Origin: Zygnema circumcarinatum SAG 698-1b
Taxonomy: Eukaryota > Plantae > Zygnematophyceae
Direction: 5' to 3'
Assembly: GCA_037447605.1 (NCBI GenBank)
Contig: CM074804.1
Span: 992,001 to 1,056,000, forward strand
Length of the DNA stretch: 64,000 nt
Part shown: positions 1 through 10,379 of the stretch, piece by piece
How the letters are laid out: every line of letters begins with the position of its first letter
How positions within the stretch are numbered: position 1 is the first letter of the stretch
Made by a program: the position numbers and the translations under genes
The notes under the pieces: generated by a model
The model's database searches: none
What the model was told of the DNA's origin: nothing
Seen by the model: only the letters and a program-made list of their open reading frames with translations

Positions 1-27
1 GAGCCTGGCGACCCGTTGCGGCTCCAT
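1..27 (-). CDS. Possible first 9 codons (MEPQRVARL...) of a gene that continues left of the window
   Basis: ATG at 27-25 on the - strand, open to the window edge. It is preceded by a pyrimidine-rich leader, a telo-box (AAACCCTA, 60-67) and TGGGCY site-II motifs (55-60, 514-519). Too short to identify. Confidence 0.3.
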
Positions 28-54
28 CGAGCTCGGAATCGCCGGAAGAAAGGT

Positions 55-720
55 TGGGCTAGGGTTTTGAGGAGAGGAGGAGGAGGAGGGGGAGGGGGAG
101 GAGGACGAAGAGCAGAGGGGCCTGAGAGAGGGGATCACGCCCGACCCGACTCTGACAGCCGCTACAGCGTGCATGGCCATGGCTGCCGGAAAGCGAGAGG
201 CTGCCACGTGTCACAGAAGAAAGAAGGCCTTCTCCCTTCTCTTTCCTCTGCTGTCTTTAGGGTTTGAGACTGGCAGGCTCCGCTCGACGATGATTTATGA
301 CCGTCCGATGTCCTATCGACGGCTGCGATTGCCTCCAGTGCTTGCTTTGGCTCGCGCCCTTTCCTTCTGGATATGGCAGTTCTATGCGGCAGGTCGACTC
401 GGGATTGGAAATGTTCGAGCATGAACAAAAACCGTCCGATGGACAGATCGGACGGTCAAAAGCGAATGCACGCTCAGAAAGCTTGTTGGGGAGCTCGGAG
501 GTGCCTTTAGGGCTGGGCCCGAACGGCCGTTGCTGGGAGCCATCCGACGGCGGAGATGCGCTCATTCATCACACGGCATCATCCGACGGTGGTGAGGTCA
601 TCCGCGGGGGTCATTTGGCCATGAACGATGATACGTCGCTAAGGACAGAAGGGTCATCTAACGGCGCAGACACGTCCGTGGTAGAACCGTTCACCATCCA
701 ACGGTGCAGATGCAAGCCTG
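55..720. promoter_or_regulatory. Promoter-like region with a telo-box, site-II motifs, a G-box/ABRE and clustered ATC(C/G/T)(A/G)ACGG(T/C) motifs
   Basis: TAGGGTTT at 60-67; GCCACGTGTCAC at 203-214 (repeated at 1055-1066); seven ATC-N-R-ACGG-Y copies starting near 300(-), 431(-), 447, 542, 581, 656 and 696. Confidence 0.5.
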
Positions 721-1719
721 CGTTTCGGCGTGGCTGCTCGGAGTGGGGATGTGCGCATGTGAATGGAGCAACACAAAACTAGACTTTGGAGAGCTGCCAC
801 TTATCACTCGCATGTATTGGGGGGGTAATTAGGGCAGCGTTTGTACCACTAACACAGCATGAGAAGTGGGAAATTCAACACTGAATCTAGTTGAGACCCA
901 TTGACATTGGAATGATTTCCGAAACTGCTTGACGCCCTACCAGGGAGACTATAGTACAAGCTGCTTGTGTCTTAAACAGAGAAGGACAATAACAACCTGA
1001 AATGTTCAGACACCATGGTCCTACATGAGTTCGTCTCATCCCTACTGTAAGACAGCCACGTGTCACCCCCCCAATGAAAATGGACGATGTTGGAGGACCC
1101 ACTCCTCCAACTTAAACACCGGCCATGCAGCTACATGCAAGCCCATGCGGCCCCATACAAGGACTTAGCCATGCTCATGGCTCCCTCCCAGCACACACCA
1201 TTAGGATTTTATGGTTTCCGCAAGCAGCAGAACTAAAGGGGAGACGCACACACTGAGGAACCGCTAAGACGGCTCCGCTCTTATGTTTTTGCAAAGATAT
1301 TGACAAATTTCTTCTGTCTTTTAAAGTACAGACTAGGAAGCAAACGGCTGATAATGAAATGGACCCCAATGTTCGACAGCCTAAACTCTGATTTCTGGCG
1401 CCATGTACACGCAGACACACACGGGAGGAGAGGCCCCACAATGTATCCCCGAATTAGAGAGGAGGTGGGAGGGACACATGGTTGGACCTTTTAGGGAGGG
1501 ACAGGCAGCTCTCCTGCTCATCTATTCACACGGGCAGTCTGTCCAAGACCTAAACTATTCGAAAAGAAGTTGCAGAATAGAAGAAGAAGAAAGAAAAAAG
1601 GAACCTAATTGCACCCATTCTCAGCAGACCTAATTCTCCACTAATCCAGTCAAGACGCTACTCTAGACGAAATTGAGACCGCCAAAATGCTTCCTCTCCC
1701 TGCATCCCTGCTGCCCCCT

Positions 1720-4700
1720 TTACCGCCATCCGGTCCCAGCCCCTGCACCAGGCTGATGGTGCTTCAGTGCTCCCTGGAATATCTCCGCACCTCCCTCGGC
1801 CTCTTTCCGTTTTGCCCCCGCAGTAGACACTTGTTTATAAGCTCTCATATGCTCTACCAGCCATGCAGTCCCCCCAGGACTCCCCCCTCCTCCCGCTCCG
1901 CCATGGCCCAAATCTAAGTTCCTTGGAACCCCCATCATCCCCCCACTTCCCAATGCTCCTCCCAGCACAGCAGCTGCCTGAGGGCCTCCCACAGGCCCCC
2001 CAAACAGGCCTCCCAGAGAATTGCCAAGTCCTTGAACCCCCATGACTCGCCTTTCATCTCGAGGAGCCATTCCTTCTTGCAACTCTCGACCTGCATGGGA
2101 TTCTCTTGGACCCTCCGGACCTGCATTAAGGTCAAGCTCAGGCCTTCCACCCGCAGAAGAGGAGCTCCCTCCTCCTCCCACTGTCAATGCTCCCAACCCT
2201 GCAGGAGTAGTGGCCCTTGAACCAATTCCGAGGTTGGACCCCGACCCCCCCCCTCCTCCTCCGAGGCCATTTGTTAGGGATGCAGGAGCCGCGGCAGCCA
2301 TAGCCATCATGGCTGAAAGGTCAGGGGAAGCTGGGAAGGATGATCCTCCTGCTGGGAAAGGTCCTCCTCCGGATGCATAGTGGCCAGGTCCAGATGTAGG
2401 AGCACCACCCAATGTTGCTCCAAGGGGACCCTGATGGGGGGCTGAGTTATAGCTGAGGGGAGATGCTAAAGCAGGATAAGAACCGGGAAAGGAATTGCCA
2501 AAGAAGGTGGCTGCAGCAGCTGACTGGGATGAGAAACCAGTGGCAGAGGCGAAAGGAAATGAGGAAGATGCGAGTGCTGTTGATAAAGCAGATGGCAATG
2601 GGTAGCCGGACGGCAAATGCGAAGCTAAAGGAGGCATGGAATTGGTAGGATGTGATGTAAAGTTTCCTGCAGAAGCGGAGGCTGCAACCGCTGCTGCAGC
2701 TCGGTAGACATCTGCATTCAGCGCAGGGTAATTTCCTCCAGTTGCTGCAAAGTACGTGTTTGCAGCAGCTTGGGCAGCAGCTGAGAAAGCGGAAGATGAT
2801 TGACCATATGCGGCACTTACAGAAGGACTTAGCCATAAAGGAGCAGCCAAGCCCCCTCCTCCACCAGGGACACTTCCTCCTGCAACTCCAAGCCCTTGAA
2901 TTGAACCTAAATTTGCATTCAGATTTGTCCCTAGTGCCCCCCCTACAGCCTTAGCCTGCGCCTGCGGGCTGTTCATTACCAGACCCATCCCTCCTGCCTC
3001 TTTACCTGAGTTTCCCTGTCCACTAGGCCGGGCTTGGCCATGGTTAGCCAGCCTTGAAACCAAGCCCTGCGATAGGCTGCTTTGCAGATCCAAGGTAGGC
3101 CTTGAACCCCCCAAATTAGAAGGAGCAGATGCGTCATCCAAAGTGGGCCCATCGTTAAGGTCGAAGTCACGCATCACTTTTCCAAAGGAGGATCTATTGT
3201 TGCCTGGAAATGCCCCCCTCCGGGATGGAGAATTTTGGCCGGGAGAAGCCCCAATCTGAACCCCTGAACCTGAAAATGTGGACCCAACACCACCTGACCA
3301 TCCTCCATATGCTCCCCCAACAAGACTCGGACTAAGCCGAGGGGGGGGTTGCATTGGCTCTGAGCTAACCCCTCTAAGTGGAGGCCTTGTTGTCCCCATA
3401 GAGGAAATGCCTTTCAGCCCCAACCCTCTTGGACTTGCAGCATCTTCATTGGGATCCATACGGTTCAAATCGAGGTCTAACCTGCTAGATTCGGAAGCAG
3501 AGTGGTCTCTATGAAACATCCCTCCGGCAAGAGATTCAGTCAAATCATACGTCGAATGCATCATACCACCGTGCAGATTTGATGCAGGGCCATGCAATGA
3601 ATTCAGAGTCATCCCCGCATCTTCCAAAGCCCGCACATCAGTGAAGTTCAAATCAATATCCAGCGCTGGTCGAGATGCTCTCAACTCCTGCCCACCCAAG
3701 TTTCCTCCCCCTCTCTCCGCCCCTCCTCCGATTAAAGTGGAGTTTTCCAAAGGTTCGGGTGTCCTGAATGCGCTTGTGAGAGCAGGACCTCTCCAGCCTG
3801 ACTCTATCTTCCTGCCATTACTGCCACTTGACCCAAATACCCTCCCAAGGCCTCCGACAGAGTAGCCCACCTCAGGTGATCCAAAGAAGTTTCTCTCAGA
3901 AATGTTATCGCTCTGTCCAAGAGCGACTGTGCTTGCAGTCATGTCCTCCGCAATGCCAAGGTTTAGGTCAAAGCTCACTCGCTCCTTCTCATGCCTCACA
4001 CCATGCTCTCCCGCACCTCCTGAATGCCCATGTTGTCCATCACTCTTGTGCTCAGGAGTCAACGGATCATCAGCCCTCTTGTGCTGCTTCCCAGCTTTCC
4101 TTTTTCTGGGCCGTACTGCACCTGAAATCTCCAGACCTTTATCTGCAGACTTGAGTCCTCTTCCACGAGAGCCAATTGAATCTCCACCAGTTGAAATGGC
4201 TGCATCTCCACCTGAAACGCTGCCACCTCCAGCTTCACGTTCAACTTCCGGCAATGAAGGCATTTCCCCAACAGCTGATTTGACGTCTAATCCAATGAAC
4301 TTTGCATGGCCACTCTCCTTCACCTTGTGGCCAGCCAAAGTCGAAATATCCCCCTCGGGACCTCCAACCCAATGGGCTCCTTCCTTGCTACCAGAAATCT
4401 GCCGACCACTGTTTGCCTGCCCTCCCGAACGTGTGGGTTGAATCAAACTTGCATTTCTATCCTCTTCAGAGCCCTCTCCCGGCTTTTTTGAAACTAAAGC
4501 AGCAGCAGCAGCAGCAGTGGCCGATTCTGCAGCTTCTCTAGCAACTTGCTTAACCGTCACAGAGAAGTCATTCGAGAACAGCTTCCCAGCTAAACTGCCT
4601 GCTTTGCTCGGCTCATCTGGTTCAGCATTCATGTTTGGCAAATCCGGGCCTCTTGAACCTCTGTTAACTGCCTCAAGTGCCATATTGCTATCCTTCACTT

Positions 4701-7700
4701 GAGATTCTGCTGTAGGGTCGAATTCCCTTTGCGTCTGCACTCGAACATCTCCTTCAACTGCACCGGTAGCATCAGCAACAAGCTCCCCTTCGCCTTCAAT
4801 CTTACTGCCCGTCTTACTGCGCTTGTTCTTCCTTGGCCGTGAGGGAAGACCTGTTCCAGGCCCGTCTTGCTTTCTGCTCTTATACTTCCGAGAATGAGGT
4901 GCCGATGTCGCAGATGTGTCAATATCAGTTTCAGGACCTCCTATAACAGATATCTGATGAGTAGGTTTGGCGGTTTCTAAGCCAATAGCAGCCCCTATTG
5001 CTCTGCCATTCATCCTTTCCTCTGCAGAGCTCGTGCCTAACGCCATCAGAGGACCTCCTTTCTCCACAACACTGCTACCCCCCTTCTTCTCCTTCTGTTT
5101 TCCTGCATCCTTCTTTTGCTCTGATTCAGCGCCCTTTCTGAATTCTCCTTTGAGCTTCTCTGAGTCGGAAAGAGATGAAGGAGGCTTGGGTATGCCCCCT
5201 CCCGGACCCTTGGCAACACCCTGCCTTTTGCCATCTATCCCATTTCCCTCAGCATGTAAGGCCTGGTCTGCTTCACCAGAATTCTCCACTGAGATTGACT
5301 TCTTTTCATTTTGCTCCACTGGCCTATTCACTTCATCAGCGATTGAAGACTCTCCTAAACCAAGAGGGCTCGATTTCCCATTTGGCAACCTCGAATTTTC
5401 TTCTGTTGTAGCAGCTGATTTAGCCGTTTGCATACGAGTCGATTTAGAACCTTGTGCTTCCACAAAAGTAGGAGATTCCCCATCCTCACTCTCATTCTCT
5501 TTTCCCGCTCTGGCCTTCGGCACTTCCTGATTTTTACGGAACTCTCCAGGCACTTGCAAAACCTCGTTTTCTGCGTCCTTTTCATCTTCACATTCAGACT
5601 CCACTTCCCCACTTTCCCGGCTATCTACTTGAAAAGTGTAAGCGTCCCTTGGAGCAGGCCCACCTATACATACTGTCGTCTGTGAGCTTCTATTGACCCC
5701 GGCTGATCCTCCCCCTCCCGAGGAAGCCAATGCTAATCCTAACAATAACCGTTCCTGTAATTTCCCTTCCAATCCTTGTTCCGGGGCGCCAAGTTCAACA
5801 TCTGGAGAACTCGGCGTTTCTCCGCCGGCCTCTTTCTCAGCTTCCTTTCCAACCCTAATTGCCATCTCCATCACGTCCTCCGTTGACCCCAATGAAAGCC
5901 TTCTCCCATCATCGGCCCCCGTAGTCTCCTTGCGCTCCTCAGAACTACTGTTCCACTTGCCTGCTCTCCGTTCTCCAAGACTCAGAAAATTCTTCCCAAA
6001 TTTCACCCCCTCCTCTTTACCTATCTTAACATCTGCTCGTCTTCCTGTCCTACTGTGCTTCTCTTCTCCTTCCCTCCCTAAGCTTCCAAGTAAATCCCTG
6101 ACCTCTACTTTGATGCCCTTAGCATCTTTTTCAGCCGCCGGAGTCACACCCTGATCCTCCAGACTCTCATGTATCTTTCCAGCACTTGAACCGGGCCGCT
6201 CTACCTTCAAATCCACCGGCTCAATCGACTTGAAGTCCACATCATTCTTTACGTCTCCAGAAACTTTAGCCTCGTCCACATCCTCCTCATGCTTCTCCTT
6301 GGTCGAAGGTGCGAAGGGAACATCATCCAATGGTGCAACTCTACGAGGTTGTGCACCAGCGGCCTCCTCCATTCGTTCTTCGGGAATCTGTGTTTCAGAT
6401 AATCCTTTATTGAACCACTGTCCCGCTGCAACAGCAACTCTAGATTTGTCTTCACCACCGAGGTGTTTGCCTTCCTCCTCGTCAAGTAATGGGGACTTCT
6501 CTTTCAAGCCCTCCCTCGAACTTGCTTCCAATACTTCACCACCTGCAGCGATGTCGTTGCTTCCTTCCCCTGCAACGGCTATGTCTGCTTTTTCTTCTCT
6601 CACAGGCACAGAGCCTTGCACTTCTGCTGCTTCCACCAGCAAACTCATCAGGTCTTCTGCAGCCCTTGTCATCTGCTCACCTCCCTCAGATTGGCCACTG
6701 CCTGGAGGCTTCCTTTCATCAGCGGAACTACTCATTGCTTGGTTCTTTCCTCCTTCAGTTCCAGGTTTTGTGCTGGGAACCACCCTCGAGCCACCTCTCT
6801 CTCCCCTTCGCCCCTTTGCAGGTAGGCCAACAACATCCTCTCCGAGCCCACTGCGTGCACCTTTGACAGGCCCTGTCTTGTTCGTGTCTTCCTGAGAGCC
6901 CCTCCCTCCGTCCTCTCCCTTCAAGCCGGACAAGGAACCTTTCAGTGTGTCTGATAACCGTCTTTCAAGCAATCTGCCACCATCTATTCCCGGCCCTTGC
7001 GTGCATCCTGTAGCTGCAATGACTGCTAGGATGTCCTTGGTTTTTCCTCTCCCACCCTCCCAATCATCACCTCTGCTTGCAGTGACGGGTCGACCGATGC
7101 GTCCTGGTGATCCTCGCACATCTTTGCATCCCTCCGGATGCCTTCCCTTGTCTGCCTCTCCCGTGCTTTGTGATCTCAAAGGGCTCCTTCCCCCCAGTGG
7201 TATCCTGACAACCAGTCTACCAATAGGCACGGAAGAACTCTCCCCTCCCTGCTGCGCTTCACCTCCAGCTTTCTCAGACGTCCCTAATGGTCCGTCCAAG
7301 CTCCCCTCCTTTCCGCCTGCACTAGACTTAACACTTGCAGCAACCCCCCTCAGCTCTCGTCCAGTAGGTCCAGCCACTTGTGTTGCTCGAGCTACGCCAT
7401 CTTTGTTGCTCTTTGTTCCTTGAGACTGTACAGACCCTCCCTTCGGCCCAGCACTCCCTGAACTCCCTTCTCGGACATTTTCTGTATTTCCACTCCCATT
7501 CCCTAACTTTGCCAAACTGATAGTCTTGGGCTGCACATTTTCTTTGGGCAATTCTTCCTCCTTCTCCTCATGCCTTTCTTCAGGATGGGAGACAGAATCA
7601 TCGCCATCGCCCCTCCCGCTTGGATGACCTTCAGTTGTCAGCTCTCTGGCATGCTGCACTTCTGTAATCAATTCTCTTGCCTTCGCAATTGCACCTTCCT

Positions 7701-9045
7701 TAGGAGCAGGTGGTAAGAGCCCGACCCCTTGCCTCCGCAGCTTTACATGTTCAGAAACTTTTAGACCTTGGCCCTTATCACCCGCTCCTTCCCTCTCACT
7801 TCCCGACCCTTTCACAATTATAGCGCTATCACTCTCGCCGACCCCTGAAACCGTTGAAGTTATCTTATCTGTCAGACTGCACTCCCCTTCCTCAGGAGCT
7901 TCTTCCCCTCCCTGCTTCACAATGGCTGCCTCACCTGCCCCACTCACTGGCCCTGCAACACTAATTGAGGGAGAATCACCTCCTCGGATGTCGTTGCTCT
8001 GCCCTACGTTGGCGTCAGCATTGCTACTTCTACACTCCACGACTTTGCCCGAAACATCACCGTGGTTCCCGAGAACTGCCTTATTTAATTCATTGCTCTT
8101 TTGCTCCCCAGCTGCGCTTTTGCCCTCAACTTTGCCTGCATCTTCTTCCTGCATTGCCCCGTTTCTACTCTTACTTGTGCTGGGGCTGACAGTCATACCT
8201 GTTGCAGGAGTCGCCAATGGACGCCCTCCTGGAAGGGAACCCTCAGGCATAGTGCCTATGTCAGCTGCTTTGCTCCCATTGACTCCTGCTCCCTGCTTCT
8301 GGCTAAGCGCCTGTCCCATTCCAGCTCTCACAACTATGCCACCCTCCGTAGAGGGCACACTACTTCCTGAGCTCTCGATAACTTTTTCTCCTCCCTTCTC
8401 CTCAGCAAGTGTTTCGTCGACTCGTTTCTTCCAAATTTCAACTAGACGACGGGACTTTTTCTGAATCTCCAAATTCCTGTGGCTTCGTAACTGATTTACA
8501 GACTTGCCTATACAACACGACTTCAATGCCTCCAGCCCAACTGGCAGGCGGTCCAAGGCGCGCAGAAGCATGCACAGCAGATCCTCCACCAGGGATGAAT
8601 CACAGTCAGTAGCCCCTCCAGACCCTTCCCCTCCATTACCTCCCTTGCGCTTATGCGCCTCCTGCAACCATTCGTCAAGAAGTCGAAGCCCCCCTTTCTG
8701 CAGAAATTTCTCCAATATGCTCTGCTCCTCTGTCGCCGCCAACAGCGACACTAGGGCCCCTCGTCTCCAGGCTAACTCTGAAAATGTTTTGCTGCCATCA
8801 CTCTGCATTTCTCTCATTAAGTCAACAAGGCCTCCAACAGCATCTGGTCCTGTCAACCCTAACTCTGAACTTCCTAGTGCGGCGGCATCATCCGGTAAGG
8901 GAGCGAACCTCTCCGACAGTGCTTTAGACGCTTCCCCAGAGCTCCCTCCCTCCTGCTCGCTCCTCTCCCTCTTCCTCCCTCTCCCTGCCGCACTCCCTCC
9001 TCCCGAGCCCTGCGAATCCTCTGCTATCGCATGCTTACTCGCCAT
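1720..9045 (-). CDS. SUO-like TFIIS N-terminal (Med26/TFIIS-N) domain protein, single exon, 2441 aa, no BAH domain
   Basis: Uninterrupted ORF. N-terminal TFIIS-N-type segment LEKFLQKGGLRLLDEWLQEAHK...LLRALDRLPVGLEALKSCCIGKSVNQLRSHRNLEIQKKSRRLVEIWKKRVD. C-terminal motifs typical of plant SUO-like proteins: GWRGPALTSAFR, repeated (D/E)LDLN/FDLN, and KRKEAEGG. Family recognised from memory. Confidence 0.85.
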   Translation of the reverse strand: MASKHAIAEDSQGSGGGSAAGRGRKRERSEQEGGSSGEASKALSERFAPLPDDAAALGSSELGLTGPDAVGGLVDLMREMQSDGSKTFSELAWRRGALVSLLAATEEQSILEKFLQKGGLRLLDEWLQEAHKRKGGNGGEGSGGATDCDSSLVEDLLCMLLRALDRLPVGLEALKSCCIGKSVNQLRSHRNLEIQKKSRRLVEIWKKRVDETLAEEKGGEKVIESSGSSVPSTEGGIVVRAGMGQALSQKQGAGVNGSKAADIGTMPEGSLPGGRPLATPATGMTVSPSTSKSRNGAMQEEDAGKVEGKSAAGEQKSNELNKAVLGNHGDVSGKVVECRSSNADANVGQSNDIRGGDSPSISVAGPVSGAGEAAIVKQGGEEAPEEGECSLTDKITSTVSGVGESDSAIIVKGSGSEREGAGDKGQGLKVSEHVKLRRQGVGLLPPAPKEGAIAKARELITEVQHARELTTEGHPSGRGDGDDSVSHPEERHEEKEEELPKENVQPKTISLAKLGNGSGNTENVREGSSGSAGPKGGSVQSQGTKSNKDGVARATQVAGPTGRELRGVAASVKSSAGGKEGSLDGPLGTSEKAGGEAQQGGESSSVPIGRLVVRIPLGGRSPLRSQSTGEADKGRHPEGCKDVRGSPGRIGRPVTASRGDDWEGGRGKTKDILAVIAATGCTQGPGIDGGRLLERRLSDTLKGSLSGLKGEDGGRGSQEDTNKTGPVKGARSGLGEDVVGLPAKGRRGERGGSRVVPSTKPGTEGGKNQAMSSSADERKPPGSGQSEGGEQMTRAAEDLMSLLVEAAEVQGSVPVREEKADIAVAGEGSNDIAAGGEVLEASSREGLKEKSPLLDEEEGKHLGGEDKSRVAVAAGQWFNKGLSETQIPEERMEEAAGAQPRRVAPLDDVPFAPSTKEKHEEDVDEAKVSGDVKNDVDFKSIEPVDLKVERPGSSAGKIHESLEDQGVTPAAEKDAKGIKVEVRDLLGSLGREGEEKHSRTGRRADVKIGKEEGVKFGKNFLSLGERRAGKWNSSSEERKETTGADDGRRLSLGSTEDVMEMAIRVGKEAEKEAGGETPSSPDVELGAPEQGLEGKLQERLLLGLALASSGGGGSAGVNRSSQTTVCIGGPAPRDAYTFQVDSRESGEVESECEDEKDAENEVLQVPGEFRKNQEVPKARAGKENESEDGESPTFVEAQGSKSTRMQTAKSAATTEENSRLPNGKSSPLGLGESSIADEVNRPVEQNEKKSISVENSGEADQALHAEGNGIDGKRQGVAKGPGGGIPKPPSSLSDSEKLKGEFRKGAESEQKKDAGKQKEKKGGSSVVEKGGPLMALGTSSAEERMNGRAIGAAIGLETAKPTHQISVIGGPETDIDTSATSAPHSRKYKSRKQDGPGTGLPSRPRKNKRSKTGSKIEGEGELVADATGAVEGDVRVQTQREFDPTAESQVKDSNMALEAVNRGSRGPDLPNMNAEPDEPSKAGSLAGKLFSNDFSVTVKQVAREAAESATAAAAAALVSKKPGEGSEEDRNASLIQPTRSGGQANSGRQISGSKEGAHWVGGPEGDISTLAGHKVKESGHAKFIGLDVKSAVGEMPSLPEVEREAGGGSVSGGDAAISTGGDSIGSRGRGLKSADKGLEISGAVRPRKRKAGKQHKRADDPLTPEHKSDGQHGHSGGAGEHGVRHEKERVSFDLNLGIAEDMTASTVALGQSDNISERNFFGSPEVGYSVGGLGRVFGSSGSNGRKIESGWRGPALTSAFRTPEPLENSTLIGGGAERGGGNLGGQELRASRPALDIDLNFTDVRALEDAGMTLNSLHGPASNLHGGMMHSTYDLTESLAGGMFHRDHSASESSRLDLDLNRMDPNEDAASPRGLGLKGISSMGTTRPPLRGVSSEPMQPPPRLSPSLVGGAYGGWSGGVGSTFSGSGVQIGASPGQNSPSRRGAFPGNNRSSFGKVMRDFDLNDGPTLDDASAPSNLGGSRPTLDLQSSLSQGLVSRLANHGQARPSGQGNSGKEAGGMGLVMNSPQAQAKAVGGALGTNLNANLGSIQGLGVAGGSVPGGGGGLAAPLWLSPSVSAAYGQSSSAFSAAAQAAANTYFAATGGNYPALNADVYRAAAAVAASASAGNFTSHPTNSMPPLASHLPSGYPLPSALSTALASSSFPFASATGFSSQSAAAATFFGNSFPGSYPALASPLSYNSAPHQGPLGATLGGAPTSGPGHYASGGGPFPAGGSSFPASPDLSAMMAMAAAAPASLTNGLGGGGGGSGSNLGIGSRATTPAGLGALTVGGGGSSSSAGGRPELDLNAGPEGPRESHAGRELQEGMAPRDERRVMGVQGLGNSLGGLFGGPVGGPQAAAVLGGALGSGGMMGVPRNLDLGHGGAGGGGSPGGTAWLVEHMRAYKQVSTAGAKRKEAEGGAEIFQGALKHHQPGAGAGTGWR

Positions 9046-9339
9046 AACCCTTATTTATTTACGACAACTCACCAACCCTAATTCTGAAAACGCTTCCACA
9101 GACAAGATTGCCAACGAAACCGGTCCTCCTCCGCCCTGTCCGCAAGAAAATTCCCCCGACAAGGTGCACCTGTCGCAGAAATACGAACCCGATGCCATCA
9201 GCAGCGCGAACGAGCAGAGCAGGATCGTCAGACGAGCTCCGCCATGGCCTGCCCGCCTGCCTGCCTGCCACTCCCGCAGCAGGACGTCGCGGGAGGCCGC
9301 TGTGCGTTCAAAGTCAAAAATGGGCCGATCGACCGCCAC

Positions 9340-10020
9340 TGCGGAGGGCCGATATAAAGAATATATCGTATCGTAATGTACGTTCAGTATATTTTCGTAT
9401 CTTAATTGATATGGAACATATCGTATCGTACTGTGCATTCAGTATATCTCAGTATATCGTTAATATCTGAATCGATACAGTGGTGGGAGGCTAGATACCG
9501 CAGTTACCGAAGGCGTGTTGTTCGGCTTTTTGGGGTACTGTAGTGCAATGAAAGGGACTGCGGTAAAAATGTGAGGTGAGGTGAGGGCGACCATGGGTCC
9601 ATTGCCAGGCCTCCACAAACATGGGATATAGGCTAAATATCGTAAATAGGTTTTTTAGAGGACAATGTGAGATTAGTTTAAGGATTTAAACCTCAATTAC
9701 CATAACATCCCTTAAAAAAGCCGTTATTTTGGTTAGAAAAACGTAAGAAAAATTGGCATTGCACTCACGATGGCGATGTCATTACATGTACATGAACCCT
9801 ATTTATTTTTAGGGTTTTTGACACGTGTATTTGGCTATCACAACATATGGTTACTCATTCCAAGACCCAGTTGCATCAAAGCTTCGTAGACCCATCCAAA
9901 CTCTCCATCTCTATTTCCATCCATCATGAATTACTCCAAATATCACCTTCTTAGAATCCATATTTCCTGGTATTTGATTTTTGATATCAGTCATCGAAAA
10001 GTATTCGGTTTTAAAACTGT
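9340..10020. mobile_element. Possible degenerate non-autonomous DNA-transposon (hAT/MITE-like) remnant
   Basis: AT-richer block with TATCGTATCG subterminal-type repeats at one end and CGGTTTTAAAACTGTG at the other. A short - strand peptide DGNRDGEFGWVYEAL weakly resembles hAT (DUF659-type) transposase. No matching TIR pair or target-site duplication found. Confidence 0.2.
9363..9447. repeat. Two imperfect 30-bp direct repeats (ATATCGTATCGTA...AGTATAT)
   Basis: Copies at 9363-9392 and 9418-9447 match at 27 of 30 positions. Confidence 0.8.
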
Positions 10021-10379
10021 GAAGTAAAAGTGGGGAGATGTTGTCTTGTTGATACTCTACTATACTGCATTATAACCAAAAGCATGTAATTGAATTGGAC
10101 GAGAGAGAACCTGTTTGATTCATTGAAAGGGACAACCAATTGAGAAAGGAACGCGATTTCCCTTTCAATCGGCACATGCTTTTGTTAAGAATTTTGAGAG
10201 GTAAAGTAAATAGGTCTTCGTTATGAACAACCATCATCAGCAACGACTCTGTAGCAGACATGCTACATTTCCCCTAAAGGAGTCATACGATTGGTCGACT
10301 TGCGAGCTGCCTGCATGCAGGCAACAGCGCCTTTAGGCTTTTTTGGTGAGCTACAACCGGCCATAGTGAATGGGAGGAG

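Noticed and set aside
1863-9376. Many + strand ORFs of 60-290 aa
   Set aside because: Antisense shadow frames of the GC-rich SUO-like CDS; S/P-rich with no domains.
9046-9440. Possible upstream BAH-encoding exons for the SUO-like gene (GTGAGT donor at 9072)
   Set aside because: No upstream frame resembles a BAH domain, and UXT lies immediately beyond.
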